DNA of 64,000 nucleotides, taken from sequence record ON540300.1, one strand, 5' to 3'. The stretch is from Escherichia phage ECOH1. Shown here one piece after another: positions 1 through 9,024 of the stretch. The stretch's first letter is position 1; each line of letters starts with the position of its first letter. The notes below the pieces were generated by a model. That model did no database searches. It saw only the letters and a list, made by a program, of their open reading frames with translations, and was not told the origin of the DNA. Both the position numbers and the translations under genes were made by a program.

Positions 1-1110
1 AGAGATGCCCCTTAACATTTTCTTAACAATTTCTTAACAATCCCTACATAGTTATGCTTTTAAGGCACTTGTTAGAGACTTGTTAGCCCCTTGTTAAATC
101 TCTGTTAAGACCACGTAAAAGCCTTGTAAGAGTCTTTAGCATAGCCTTTAAAGCCTCTGTAAAGCTCTATAAAGAGGTATCTATACAGTTGGGGTGTAAT
201 TCTAGGAAGAGACTTAAAAGAGCTTACAAGGAGCTATAGAGAGCTTTTAAGAGGGCTATTTAGAGAATCACTAAGAGGGAAAGGGAACGATAAGGAAGAG
301 ATAGTGACCATGTTAATAGCTTGTTAAAAAGATTAAACACTTGTTAGAAACTTATTAATTACCTTAACAAAATAACTCTTAAAAATTAACTTGTTAGCTC
401 TTGTTAGTCATCTGTTAAGATTCTGTAAAGCACTATCAAGCCTTGTTAAGAAACTGTTACGTTCTTGTTAGTTATGTTAAGAATCTGTTAAGACCTTTGG
501 AGAGTTGTTAAGAAGATGTGAGAACTGTTAAGAGATTGTTAAGGATATTTTAAAATTTTGCAAAGGGGGTGTTAAGGAGCTGTTAAGGGCTACCAAGCAG
601 ATATACATCCTAGACAGATATTTTTCAGTTCCTTCAAAGACCCTAAAAAATGACTTGATAGTCCTATTTTATAAAAATTTTAAGATTCTGAATAATTACC
701 TAGACAGTCTTTTAAAAATACAGGCATAAACAGGCTTATAAGATACCTTGTTAGTACCGTGTTAGACCTTGTGAGATAAGGTCTGTAAAGATATTCCTGT
801 TAAGTTTGTTAAAACAGTCTATATAGAGGCTTAGTAGTGCCTAGTGAACACCTATAGAGAGTATCATAGCTGACATAGAGATTAAGGGGTGTATAGAGGC
901 TTCTAAGAGCGTATAGAGAGATGGTTAAGGTGATTGTATAGGTTGTTAAGATGGCTTGTTAGAAGAGTGTTTAGAAGGCTTATTAAAGGGCTATTTAGAA
1001 GGGTTATACAGAGGGGCTATTAAGACCACTAGATAGTTACTAAGATACTATATAGTATTATATAACTATATAGAGAGTAAGATTAAGAAGGTTGTTAAGA
1101 AGGATAGATA
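1..1110. repeat. ORF-free array of more than 30 short degenerate motifs (C/T)TGTTA(A/G)(G/A)A in both orientations, interspersed with TATAGAG-type motifs
   Basis: Read directly: tcttaacaa at 32-40 and 42-50, ttgttaga 70-77, ttgttaaat 91-99, ctgttaaga 102-110 and 412-420, ttgttaaga 505-513 and 1091-1099, many others; no ORF >=60 aa in track. Confidence 0.7.
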
Positions 1111-1163
1111 TTTTATTCACATATGATGGTGACCCAGAGGTTGGGACAACCGATAAAATTTTA

Positions 1164-1195
1164 TAAAAATTAAAAAGCCCCCAATTAAGGAGGCT
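1164..1195 (-). terminator. Rho-independent terminator after leftward gene 1207..1800
   Basis: Minus-strand hairpin AGCCTCC-ttaatt-GGGGGCT followed by T-run. Confidence 0.6.
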
Positions 1196-1206
1196 CTTAA
1201 GATATT

Positions 1207-1800
1207 TTAAATCAGTGTTTCCAGAACTGTTTTTAGTGATGACTTGGTTGTCTGATAAAAATGAGTAAAGCCATTGTTGTTATCAAATACCTGCATCATG
1301 ATATCATCTCCCTTGATTGGGTACACTCGGATATCATAGTGGAAACCATTAAAGACACAAGAGCCATTACAGAATGCACTAAAGTCATCCACTGAGATAT
1401 ACTCTTCATGTCCTGTGATTTTTATACAGATACCTTTACTCGGTCTCTTAGGATTAATATCTTCCATCACAGACATATTCTGTCCACCAAGAGATACCAT
1501 AGTGACCACTTTACGGTTCTTCTGTTTAAAGTACATCTTAACTTTCTGCAAAGTGTCTTCATAGAACGGATAAGACTTCTCTACAAAGATTCCTTCAAGT
1601 GGCTCTTTACCATTTTCAACTTCTCTGGTATGCCGTACTGCAAAGATAATTTGTTGGAACCAGTCAAGATTTTCTTCGGAGAGTGCTTCTCGAACATCAC
1701 TCCAGTCAAGAACTAGGTAGTTGCCTTCAACTTCTTTTAAGTTATCTTTTTCCATATCTATCACACCATTATCGTAAAACTTGGTAAGCTGGTACTGCAA
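1207..1800 (-). CDS. hypothetical early protein (197 aa)
   Basis: ORF track; terminator immediately downstream. Confidence 0.6.
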   Translation of the reverse strand: MQYQLTKFYDNGVIDMEKDNLKEVEGNYLVLDWSDVREALSEENLDWFQQIIFAVRHTREVENGKEPLEGIFVEKSYPFYEDTLQKVKMYFKQKNRKVVTMVSLGGQNMSVMEDINPKRPSKGICIKITGHEEYISVDDFSAFCNGSCVFNGFHYDIRVYPIKGDDIMMQVFDNNNGFTHFYQTTKSSLKTVLETLI

Positions 1801-2233
1801 ACTTGTTGCTATTGTTCCTAATAAGGTCTTCTTCTGTTACTAAGAATGTAATCCCACATAAGTGCGTATAGTGGCTGTCATACTCAAATATTTTAAGTAA
1901 GTATTTACCATCATGATAAACAGATTCTACTACACCTTTTGCAACAATCTTTCCAGTCTTGAAGTCTTTAAGAGGGTATGTATTACCAACTTTAGGGACT
2001 GTTTTCACTTCAGGTTCTTTTAGCTTCTCACTAGCTTCTACATCACCTAGTAAGTTAGAACTTTCAAAAGCTCTGAATCTCATATAAGCTTCTGAACATT
2101 CCCAGATAAAACAATGTACAAGAACCTTAGCAGCATGTCTTGAGCAATTCAACTCATCACAGATTTCTTTGTACATTTCATCTTTAGTTGAATTGGTAAG
2201 CATTGCTTTTCGAACTGTTTCTTTAATTTTCAT
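1769..2233 (-). CDS. hypothetical early protein (154 aa)
   Basis: ORF track; tight packing in leftward block. Confidence 0.55.
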   Translation of the reverse strand: MKIKETVRKAMLTNSTKDEMYKEICDELNCSRHAAKVLVHCFIWECSEAYMRFRAFESSNLLGDVEASEKLKEPEVKTVPKVGNTYPLKDFKTGKIVAKGVVESVYHDGKYLLKIFEYDSHYTHLCGITFLVTEEDLIRNNSNKFAVPAYQVLR

Positions 2234-2651
2234 AAGCTCTCCGAATAACCCTATTAAGCATCTCTAAAGTCAGCTTTCCAGATTCTAAATGTGGCACAAT
2301 AAGTTTTAAAGCTTTTTCAACATCATGCACAACATCTATTATACCTTCTGCATAGGCTTCTACAAGGATATCTTTTACATTTTGTGATTTACCTTTTTGT
2401 GGTATCACTAGACGCATATCAAACTCATTTGCTTGAGGATGGTTCTTACCTTGCCAATAACCATCTTTGTTAAAGCTGATGTAGTCACCGTGGTAAAAAT
2501 GTACACCATTAGCTTTAAACTTCTCCAGCACAAGGCATTGAATTGGGTATTCAGTATTCCACTCCCTGACTCCTATAACCTTCACTGTTGCGATGTACTC
2601 CTGTGTTTTTGCATCTATGATGTCAAGTTCTTGACCAGCTATGATTTGCAT
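2223..2651 (-). CDS. hypothetical early protein (142 aa)
   Basis: ORF track; overlap with neighbour typical of coupled genes. Confidence 0.55.
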   Translation of the reverse strand: MQIIAGQELDIIDAKTQEYIATVKVIGVREWNTEYPIQCLVLEKFKANGVHFYHGDYISFNKDGYWQGKNHPQANEFDMRLVIPQKGKSQNVKDILVEAYAEGIIDVVHDVEKALKLIVPHLESGKLTLEMLNRVIRRAYEN

Positions 2652-2704
2652 ATTCGCTACCTTCTAAGTTCTACAAAGGGGCTATCAAGTAACCCCTCAA
2701 GTTA

Positions 2705-2929
2705 TTACTCAGACTTTTCAGTCTTCTTGTCGGATTTCTTACTAGTCTTCTTCTCAGCTTTCTGCTCAGGCTCCTTCTCAGAAGTTGCCTTGATAACCAT
2801 ATCAAGAAGCTCTGATAAGTCACTCTTCAGTAAAGTAACAGGCTGCTCGTTGTAGAAGTTTTTGTCAAGATAAACTTTGAACTCTTCTATAGAAGGAAAT
2901 CCAAAAATTGGTACAGGTGTCTTAATCAT
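2705..2929 (-). CDS. small protein with lysine-rich C-terminus (74 aa)
   Basis: ORF track; C-terminal KKTSKKSDKKTEK. Confidence 0.45.
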   Translation of the reverse strand: MIKTPVPIFGFPSIEEFKVYLDKNFYNEQPVTLLKSDLSELLDMVIKATSEKEPEQKAEKKTSKKSDKKTEKSE

Positions 2930-3005
2930 TACTTAGTCTCTCCATAGGCATCTTTTAAGATTGCCTTGTTAATCATTTCAGCGATTGCAAAACGAACACA
3001 TACAG

Positions 3006-3539
3006 CTATAATTGTAGGTTGCATTCTTTACTTACCTCTTCAAGTTTAACCTCAGAATCCTTAAGTCGTTTCTTATGAACTCTGAACCTTATTAGTGAGA
3101 TGATGATAACAGCTAAAGGAACAGCATACAAGTACCAAACAGCATATACCTTTGCAGTAATCTGTGTAATGGTCAAGTCTTGAGCTATACAACTGATTGC
3201 TGATACTGCCAGTAACATTGCTAAGAAGAACGCCAGTACCATAACAATACTTAGGCATCCTCTAGCATGGTGTTCATGCTTAATGCACTTATTCTTTTCG
3301 TCAACAACCCTGTTGTAGTCATTTGTAAAGTCTCTGTAGAAAGCTTTCAAGTATTCTTGAGTGTAGCCTTCAAAGCAACCTGTACCATACCAATAATCAC
3401 CACCAAAATGTGCTATGATACCAGTATCTCCATTTGGTTTAGTTACTCTCAAAGATGTGTGATGACGAGTATCTTGATAGTCTATTTTGTATCTTTCTTC
3501 GTAAATCATTTCCCAACCCCTCTCAATCGCTTGTTCCAT
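3006..3539 (-). CDS. membrane protein (177 aa)
   Basis: Hydrophobic segments LSIVMVLAFFLAMLLAVSAISCIA and VWYLYAVPLAVIIISLI. Confidence 0.55.
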   Translation of the reverse strand: MEQAIERGWEMIYEERYKIDYQDTRHHTSLRVTKPNGDTGIIAHFGGDYWYGTGCFEGYTQEYLKAFYRDFTNDYNRVVDEKNKCIKHEHHARGCLSIVMVLAFFLAMLLAVSAISCIAQDLTITQITAKVYAVWYLYAVPLAVIIISLIRFRVHKKRLKDSEVKLEEVSKECNLQL

Positions 3540-3724
3540 TCAAGGTCAATAAACCTTTGCAGGACTTTCCCTCTAGGTGTTACACCTTTTAAATCTGCAT
3601 CGTAACAATGGTAAAAGTCACCTTCAGCGTGTTTACCATAGCATTTTCTGATATTCTGGCTTCTGCGATACTGTTCTAACAAGGACAGTTTGTAGTAATC
3701 TTCAACTGTAGTTAGTTTTTTCAT
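3506..3724 (-). CDS. hypothetical protein (72 aa)
   Basis: ORF track. Confidence 0.4.
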   Translation of the reverse strand: MKKLTTVEDYYKLSLLEQYRRSQNIRKCYGKHAEGDFYHCYDADLKGVTPRGKVLQRFIDLEWNKRLRGVGK

Positions 3725-3807
3725 TCTTTCACCGTAGTGTTTCTCCAGAAACTAAAAAGGGAACTACCTCTCGATAGCTCCCATCATAATCAATATTGTA
3801 TACTCGG

Positions 3808-4389
3808 TCAAGAGTATTTTTTAGGCAGTAATGCGCTACGCTTGTTACTCTCTTCACTCAATAGTGCGATAAATTCATCACCTTTCCCTTTCCACGGACT
3901 GAATGTAGGGATGTGCTCTCTGATAGCCTCAATCACTGTTTTCAGGGCATTGTTCTTTAACCACCAATCAGACACTGCCGAAGCTACGATGTAGTAAGCA
4001 CCGTCATCTGTGAAGATTGGCTCAGAGATACATGGTGAAATCATAGTGGTGATGATAGAGCCATTATTCATGTAATATGTTCTTTTTTCAACCTTATCAA
4101 GAAGCTTGTGAAGGTCTGCAAAGAGACTTACCACCTCTTTATGGTCAATATCTTTTTCAAGATTTGCTCTATACTTTAATAGTGCAGCATCAACCTCTTT
4201 ATCATTAAATTTGAAGTACTGGACTTCTTCATTCACACATACACTGATGTTGTTGGTGTTTATCGTCAATTTGCACAGTTTGACTGGAGAGTTAATGTTG
4301 GTCTGAAAAAGTGCTACACAGCCTTCTACATTTCCGAAATGCTTGACTAATGTAACTTCTGGTTGGATATGCTCATGTTCTTCTGACAT
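3808..4389 (-). CDS. hypothetical protein (193 aa)
   Basis: ORF track. Confidence 0.55.
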   Translation of the reverse strand: MSEEHEHIQPEVTLVKHFGNVEGCVALFQTNINSPVKLCKLTINTNNISVCVNEEVQYFKFNDKEVDAALLKYRANLEKDIDHKEVVSLFADLHKLLDKVEKRTYYMNNGSIITTMISPCISEPIFTDDGAYYIVASAVSDWWLKNNALKTVIEAIREHIPTFSPWKGKGDEFIALLSEESNKRSALLPKKYS

Positions 4390-4733
4390 TACAGTTTCCT
4401 CATTAAATACTTTTTAAGTTGTGTGTTAGGTTTCTCAAAAACTTCTATAGAAGATATCTTAACAGACTCACCACGCATACCAGTATGTTTGAATATGTAG
4501 TACTCTAACATCCCTATGGACTTTGCTGGTAAGTCATGCTTGACATACACCGTTACAGAATCTTCAAATTCAACAACTTTTGTACCATCTTTGTAGTTGA
4601 ACTCTTTAGGATGGTTGTAATTGTCTATGTCATACATTAAAAAGAGTCTTTTCCGTTGCATATCAAGCTTGTTTGTTAAAGACTCTTTGATATCTGAGAA
4701 GTTTTTGTAAACTGTGACATGGAGCTTACTCAT
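4389..4733 (-). CDS. hypothetical protein (114 aa)
   Basis: ORF track; start overlaps upstream stop. Confidence 0.55.
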   Translation of the reverse strand: MSKLHVTVYKNFSDIKESLTNKLDMQRKRLFLMYDIDNYNHPKEFNYKDGTKVVEFEDSVTVYVKHDLPAKSIGMLEYYIFKHTGMRGESVKISSIEVFEKPNTQLKKYLMRKL

Positions 4734-5019
4734 CGTTAAACTCTCTGACGAAGAAATAGTTGACTTTGTTATTACCTACCATAAGGTCAAAGCAGGTATT
4801 TTCAAAAGGTTTGTTGTAGGCATCGTATGAAATATATGGGTCAGCTACTTGCTTAGTGCTTAACTTCTTACTTGATGGGTTTAAGAGGCCACCATACAGC
4901 TTCTTGATAGCCTCTTCTACAACAGACCAGATAATTTCGTCAGTAATTTCTTCGTACAGGTCAAGTTCACGCTCTAGTGAGAAGTCACAAATAGGGAAAA
5001 TAACCTGTACTTTACTCAT
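4726..5019 (-). CDS. hypothetical protein (97 aa)
   Basis: ORF track. Confidence 0.5.
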   Translation of the reverse strand: MSKVQVIFPICDFSLERELDLYEEITDEIIWSVVEEAIKKLYGGLLNPSSKKLSTKQVADPYISYDAYNKPFENTCFDLMVGNNKVNYFFVREFNDE

Positions 5020-5408
5020 TAACGAATAACCTGTGTGACTTGAATTGCTTCAGTTACTGATAAGTCACCTACTTTCTCTTCTTTGATAAAGGTGAAGGTG
5101 AGTTCAACAGGTTCTTGCTCTTCTTGCTCAACTGGAATGCCATTAAGCTCATCAAAGATTGATTGAGTTGTCCAGTCTTCTCCACCATCTGGATAGTGGA
5201 TTGCATAAAGAGGAAATTCCACGTCATACCAGCCAAATACAGGGCAACCGTCTACATCATCACGTACTCGTCGAAGAGTGTTGCCTGATTCTGTAAATCG
5301 AAGGCTGAGATTACCATTACACTCAAAAATTACTGCATCAGCAGGCCCAACATTTTCTCGACCATCATGACCAAATGTGTCAACCTTTACTTGAATCTCG
5401 TTATTCAT
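5019..5408 (-). CDS. hypothetical protein (129 aa)
   Basis: ORF track. Confidence 0.5.
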   Translation of the reverse strand: MNNEIQVKVDTFGHDGRENVGPADAVIFECNGNLSLRFTESGNTLRRVRDDVDGCPVFGWYDVEFPLYAIHYPDGGEDWTTQSIFDELNGIPVEQEEQEPVELTFTFIKEEKVGDLSVTEAIQVTQVIR

Positions 5409-5799
5409 AAAAACCTCTCTCTGCTTGTTCGATTTTTGCTCTTAAATTTTCGCAATGCTGTAGATGGTAGTTAGCTTCTTGTTCATGTGTTGCTAACTGC
5501 CTTTCCAGAACAGTTTTATAGTAACCTGCAAGTTGCTCTTTTGTCAATGGGTGCTCTGAAATAATATCAAGTCCACTTTCGCCAAGAGGGTTGAATTGTC
5601 CATGCTCATTGACATGGTAAGTTTCAAACTTGAACAGACCGTTGTTAGCAGATTCAATAGGTGAGAGTTCAGCCAACTCAACAGTGAACATTGTGTGTAC
5701 CCTATCACCAACTGTAACAATGTTACTACCAATGATTCTCACCATTGAGCCATTGCGAGTGTACTTAAAAGTTCCAAAGTCACTAGCCCAAAGTTTCAT
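5401..5799 (-). CDS. hypothetical protein (132 aa)
   Basis: ORF track. Confidence 0.5.
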   Translation of the reverse strand: MKLWASDFGTFKYTRNGSMVRIIGSNIVTVGDRVHTMFTVELAELSPIESANNGLFKFETYHVNEHGQFNPLGESGLDIISEHPLTKEQLAGYYKTVLERQLATHEQEANYHLQHCENLRAKIEQAERGFYE

Positions 5800-5807
5800 A
5801 GTTTTCT

Positions 5808-5845
5808 CCTTAGAAAATAAAAAGGCTCCCGAAGGAGCCTATGAA
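5808..5845 (-). terminator. Rho-independent terminator after endolysin gene
   Basis: Hairpin GGCTCC-cgaa-GGAGCC with T-run on minus strand. Confidence 0.6.
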
Positions 5846-5849
5846 GATA

Positions 5850-6314
5850 TTACTTTGGGTATACACTGTCAAGATAAATGTCAGCTTCCATTCTACGTCT
5901 GTTTTTCAGGCCGTTTGAAGTGACCTTCTTACCTTTGACTGTAACCTTGTTCCACCATTGCATAGCTTCTGCACAACCTACCTTATTACCATCATTGTGG
6001 CGCTTGATAAATGTAGAATCCTGCATAGCTGTGATACCGATGTTGTATGTTTCACTTACAAGTGCATCGAACTCGTTCTGAGTAGTTGGAGCCTTGATAG
6101 CTTTATTCACTGCTGCAACGAATTTCTCAACATCTGCGAGAAGATACTGTTCAGCTTGTTCAGCCGTGATTTTCATACCCATCTTAACAGGTTTTCCGTC
6201 AATACGGATTGTACCATACCCGATTGTTGGGATTCCGGCAGAATCTTTGTAAGCCTCTAACTTCAGACCTTCAAAGAACTTAATGGCTTCTAAGCCTTTT
6301 CTTGAGAGTTGCAT
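5850..6314 (-). CDS. phage lysozyme (T4 e-type, GH24) endolysin
   Basis: N-terminal FEGLKLEAYKDSAGIPTIGYG matches the Glu-Asp-Thr catalytic region of T4-type lysozymes. Confidence 0.8.
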   Translation of the reverse strand: MQLSRKGLEAIKFFEGLKLEAYKDSAGIPTIGYGTIRIDGKPVKMGMKITAEQAEQYLLADVEKFVAAVNKAIKAPTTQNEFDALVSETYNIGITAMQDSTFIKRHNDGNKVGCAEAMQWWNKVTVKGKKVTSNGLKNRRRMEADIYLDSVYPK

Positions 6315-6946
6315 TATGCCTCCCCTGCTGGGTTAACTGTAACTGTTGCTGCATTAGATGTCACAGAGCCACCTGCACCAGTAACTACACAGGTGTAGCT
6401 TCCTGAATCAGCAGTTGTTGCACCTTCTTTGGTGTAAGTTGCAGTAGTTGCATCGAGGATGTCTTCCTCACCTTTCTTCCATTGGTAACCTGTCGCACCT
6501 GTTGCCACAACATTCAGTGTTAAGGTCTCACCTTCAGTGATTTCTTGATTGGCTGGTTGCTGAGTAATTGCTGGTGGCTTAATAGCATCTTTCAACTTAG
6601 CATTCAGCATTGAGAACGGCTTAACTCTTGCCAGCCATTCACAGTAAATTGTGTCAACATCTTTACCATTGATAATTGCATATTGTAAGTCCATGAAGAA
6701 GTCAGAAGTTCTCATTTGAGCACCAATGCTGTAAAGCAGCTCATCACTAAATGGAACTTTATAGTCTGGTTTGTAGTCAAACTTCTTAACTTCTGCAATG
6801 TCAGCTTCAGGCCAATACGAACTATAGGTGAGTGGTAAAATAGACTCTTGATATGTTCTAAAATCATATCTCTTACCAGTCTTTACATTTGCAATGAAGC
6901 CCTTCACAAACTCTTTGAAGTCTGGGTAAGTCTTTGCTTTAATCAT
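6314..6946 (-). CDS. protein with C-terminal Ig-like domain (210 aa), paralog of 6943..7314
   Basis: C-terminus EGETLTLNVVATGATGYQWKK...DSGSYTCVVTGAGG is Ig-like; N-terminal 120 aa align with the adjacent ORF. Confidence 0.6.
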   Translation of the reverse strand: MIKAKTYPDFKEFVKGFIANVKTGKRYDFRTYQESILPLTYSSYWPEADIAEVKKFDYKPDYKVPFSDELLYSIGAQMRTSDFFMDLQYAIINGKDVDTIYCEWLARVKPFSMLNAKLKDAIKPPAITQQPANQEITEGETLTLNVVATGATGYQWKKGEEDILDATTATYTKEGATTADSGSYTCVVTGAGGSVTSNAATVTVNPAGEA

Positions 6947-7314
6947 TTCTTTTTAGCCTCTAAATGTGCGTTTAGTCTAAAATAACCTTTGTGGTGTGGA
7001 GATACATCACCAACAACAACACCTTTAACCTTATAACCTTTACCAATTACATACTGGATATCCATAAGGAATCTACCAAGACCAACAATATGGAACATTG
7101 GATATAATAGATTCTCAGAGTCTGGAATATTGATTTCAGGTTTGTAGGTGCGTTGTTCGATTGTTGGTGTAATATCTTCTTCAGGCCATTTACTGAGTCT
7201 CCATGTCAAAGGTGTTGGGATAACATCATTAAGGTTGTATCTTTCACCATTTTGCACGGAATTGATATAGGATTGTAGGAAGCAATAAAAGTCTTTTGCA
7301 CTCTTAGCTTTCAT
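6943..7314 (-). CDS. hypothetical protein (123 aa), paralog of N-terminal domain of 6314..6946
   Basis: Shared blocks WPE(E/A)DI, YKP, LLY, F(L/F)MD(I/L)QY, LNA(H/K)L. Confidence 0.55.
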   Translation of the reverse strand: MKAKSAKDFYCFLQSYINSVQNGERYNLNDVIPTPLTWRLSKWPEEDITPTIEQRTYKPEINIPDSENLLYPMFHIVGLGRFLMDIQYVIGKGYKVKGVVVGDVSPHHKGYFRLNAHLEAKKK

Positions 7315-7329
7315 TAAATATCCTTATAA

Positions 7330-7356
7330 ATAGTTAAAGGGGCATCAGCCCCTATT
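7330..7356 (-). terminator. terminator-like hairpin
   Basis: AGGGGC-atca-GCCCCT hairpin with T-rich tract on minus strand. Confidence 0.4.
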
Positions 7357-7361
7357 CACAC

Positions 7362-7952
7362 TTAAGCTTTGGTCTTAAGTAGGTTCTTAAGTTTTTTAAG
7401 ATTCATACTCTCATCAAACTTAAAACCAAATACATTGACATAATCAATGAACTCGGATTTCTTACTGAGTGACAATGCGTAATTCATATCAAAGTTCTTA
7501 CTTGTTTCTGCGTCTGGACTAGAGTTCACATCAAATGAGATTTCTGTAGGCTCTTGCTTACTTTTTCTCATATTATCAGTCAACAAACATGTATAGTTTG
7601 CTGGATAGAAGTTTACACTACCATCAACGTAGCTGTACTTATTATTATGGATAAGGTTGGAAAATACCTTAAGGAATGTTTCTGAGTCGTGGCAAACAAG
7701 TTTGAATTGGCTGCTCTCTCCAAGTGCAACTAATGAGTACGGACTTTCACTATCGAAGTCATAGTTTGGATTCGATGTCGTCACTGTTACACGCATCAAG
7801 TTATTAGCAATAGTCTTCTGTTTAAAAGAATTTGGAACATAGTGAAGACCTCTACCACACTGATTGACTAGCTCTTTAAGTAGGTCATTTGCATACGGTG
7901 AATTAATTGATACAGAGCCATCACTATTGTAATTAAAACTTACTGTTAACAT
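7362..7952 (-). CDS. hypothetical protein (196 aa)
   Basis: ORF track. Confidence 0.55.
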   Translation of the reverse strand: MLTVSFNYNSDGSVSINSPYANDLLKELVNQCGRGLHYVPNSFKQKTIANNLMRVTVTTSNPNYDFDSESPYSLVALGESSQFKLVCHDSETFLKVFSNLIHNNKYSYVDGSVNFYPANYTCLLTDNMRKSKQEPTEISFDVNSSPDAETSKNFDMNYALSLSKKSEFIDYVNVFGFKFDESMNLKKLKNLLKTKA

Positions 7953-8179
7953 TTTTCAGTTCTCCTGCGATTTATAATTTTGCTGCAATAGAGAAACGAA
8001 GTAAACTCACTGGAAGAAACCATTAAGTGTTGTTCACTAGATTGAGCCATTGCCCTGAAATACATTCCAGTCAAAGCATCATAGTGACTATTCTTTCCAA
8101 TTGAGGTTATATAGCCATGACTCTTTGCAGTTTGATATAAATCTATAATATCTGCGATTTCTAATTGGGAACTACACAT
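7946..8179 (-). CDS. hypothetical protein (77 aa)
   Basis: ORF track. Confidence 0.4.
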   Translation of the reverse strand: MCSSQLEIADIIDLYQTAKSHGYITSIGKNSHYDALTGMYFRAMAQSSEQHLMVSSSEFTSFLYCSKIINRRRTEKC

Positions 8180-8343
8180 AGATAATCCTCTTGTCTTCTG
8201 TAATTTTGAAAGAACAGGTACAGACCAATTTCAGAGGATGAATAGTAGATTAACTCTACCCTTTTTGATTCCTTACAGTGATTGGTATTCTTACCTTTCT
8301 TAGGTTTATTTGATTTTCTCATTAAGTCTCCTTTGTAGAACAA
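8161..8343 (-). CDS. small basic protein (about 53-60 aa)
   Basis: ORF track; first gene of leftward block. Confidence 0.4.
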   Translation of the reverse strand: MFYKGDLMRKSNKPKKGKNTNHCKESKRVELIYYSSSEIGLYLFFQNYRRQEDYLCVVPN

Positions 8344-8420
8344 GGCAGACCTACAGCTTTAAGTAAGATGGTACAGTAATCCATACAACAAGTCAAGAAC
8401 TATTGCAAGTTAAAAAAGTT

Positions 8421-8460
8421 GTTGACAAGGTACTTGACAAGGTGTAGGCTTATAAATACT
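8421..8460 (+). promoter_or_regulatory. tandem TTGACAA boxes (GTTGACAAGGTACTTGACAAGGTGT) followed by TATAAAT; divergent early control region
   Basis: Near-identical element recurs at 49714-49750 in the other divergent intergenic region. Confidence 0.5.
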
Positions 8461-8571
8461 TAGAAGATAACTTAAAAGGTTCCTCTAAAAAGGCTATTTA
8501 AACAGATATCTTTCTGGATATCTATCTTTTATCTTAAAAGCCTTTTAAGAGGTCTTATAAGAGGCATACCA

Positions 8572-8943
8572 ATGAAAAACAGAACAAACAAAGGCCAGTT
8601 TAAAAAAGGCCAGTCTGGAAACCCATCTGGGAGACCAAAAGGCTCTCGTAACAAAAGCTCACTCGTAAAAGCTCAACTGACCATTGATAATTCTGCTGAG
8701 TTTGCTGCAAAGCTGTTTGAGGCGATTGTTACAAGGGACGCTGCTAAGCTTGCAGAGTTCGGTTTGACGACTGCCGATGTAAACCTGAAGTCGATGATGG
8801 AAGCTGGTAAAACTATCATGACCCACTCAGCAGGTGAGATGAAAGCGATTGCAGCAGACACTAAGAAGACCCCTGATAATGGTGGTCAGTCACAGACAGA
8901 TAACAAACCAACGTTCTCTGCTGTAGCGACTCTCAAAAAATAA
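8572..8943 (+). CDS. small basic protein with N-terminal GQSGNPSGRPKG motif (DUF5681-like)
   Basis: Motif FKKGQSGNPSGRPKG read in translation; family assignment from memory. Confidence 0.6.
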   Translation: MKNRTNKGQFKKGQSGNPSGRPKGSRNKSSLVKAQLTIDNSAEFAAKLFEAIVTRDAAKLAEFGLTTADVNLKSMMEAGKTIMTHSAGEMKAIAADTKKTPDNGGQSQTDNKPTFSAVATLKK

Positions 8944-8955
8944 TTTTAAAAGGTG

Positions 8956-8991
8956 TTGACAGACTCTACAGAGTTGCTCTAAAGTCTGTCA
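8956..8991 (+). promoter_or_regulatory. TTGACA box embedded in perfect 9-bp inverted repeat TGACAGACT / AGTCTGTCA
   Basis: Read directly; lies 35 bp upstream of the 9025 gene. Confidence 0.45.
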
Positions 8992-9024
8992 CATCAAACA
9001 ACAAATGAGAGAAGAGAGTAAAAT

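Noticed and set aside
1-1110. Possible CRISPR array
   Set aside because: Repeats are only 8-9 bp, degenerate, irregularly spaced and in both orientations; no cas genes.
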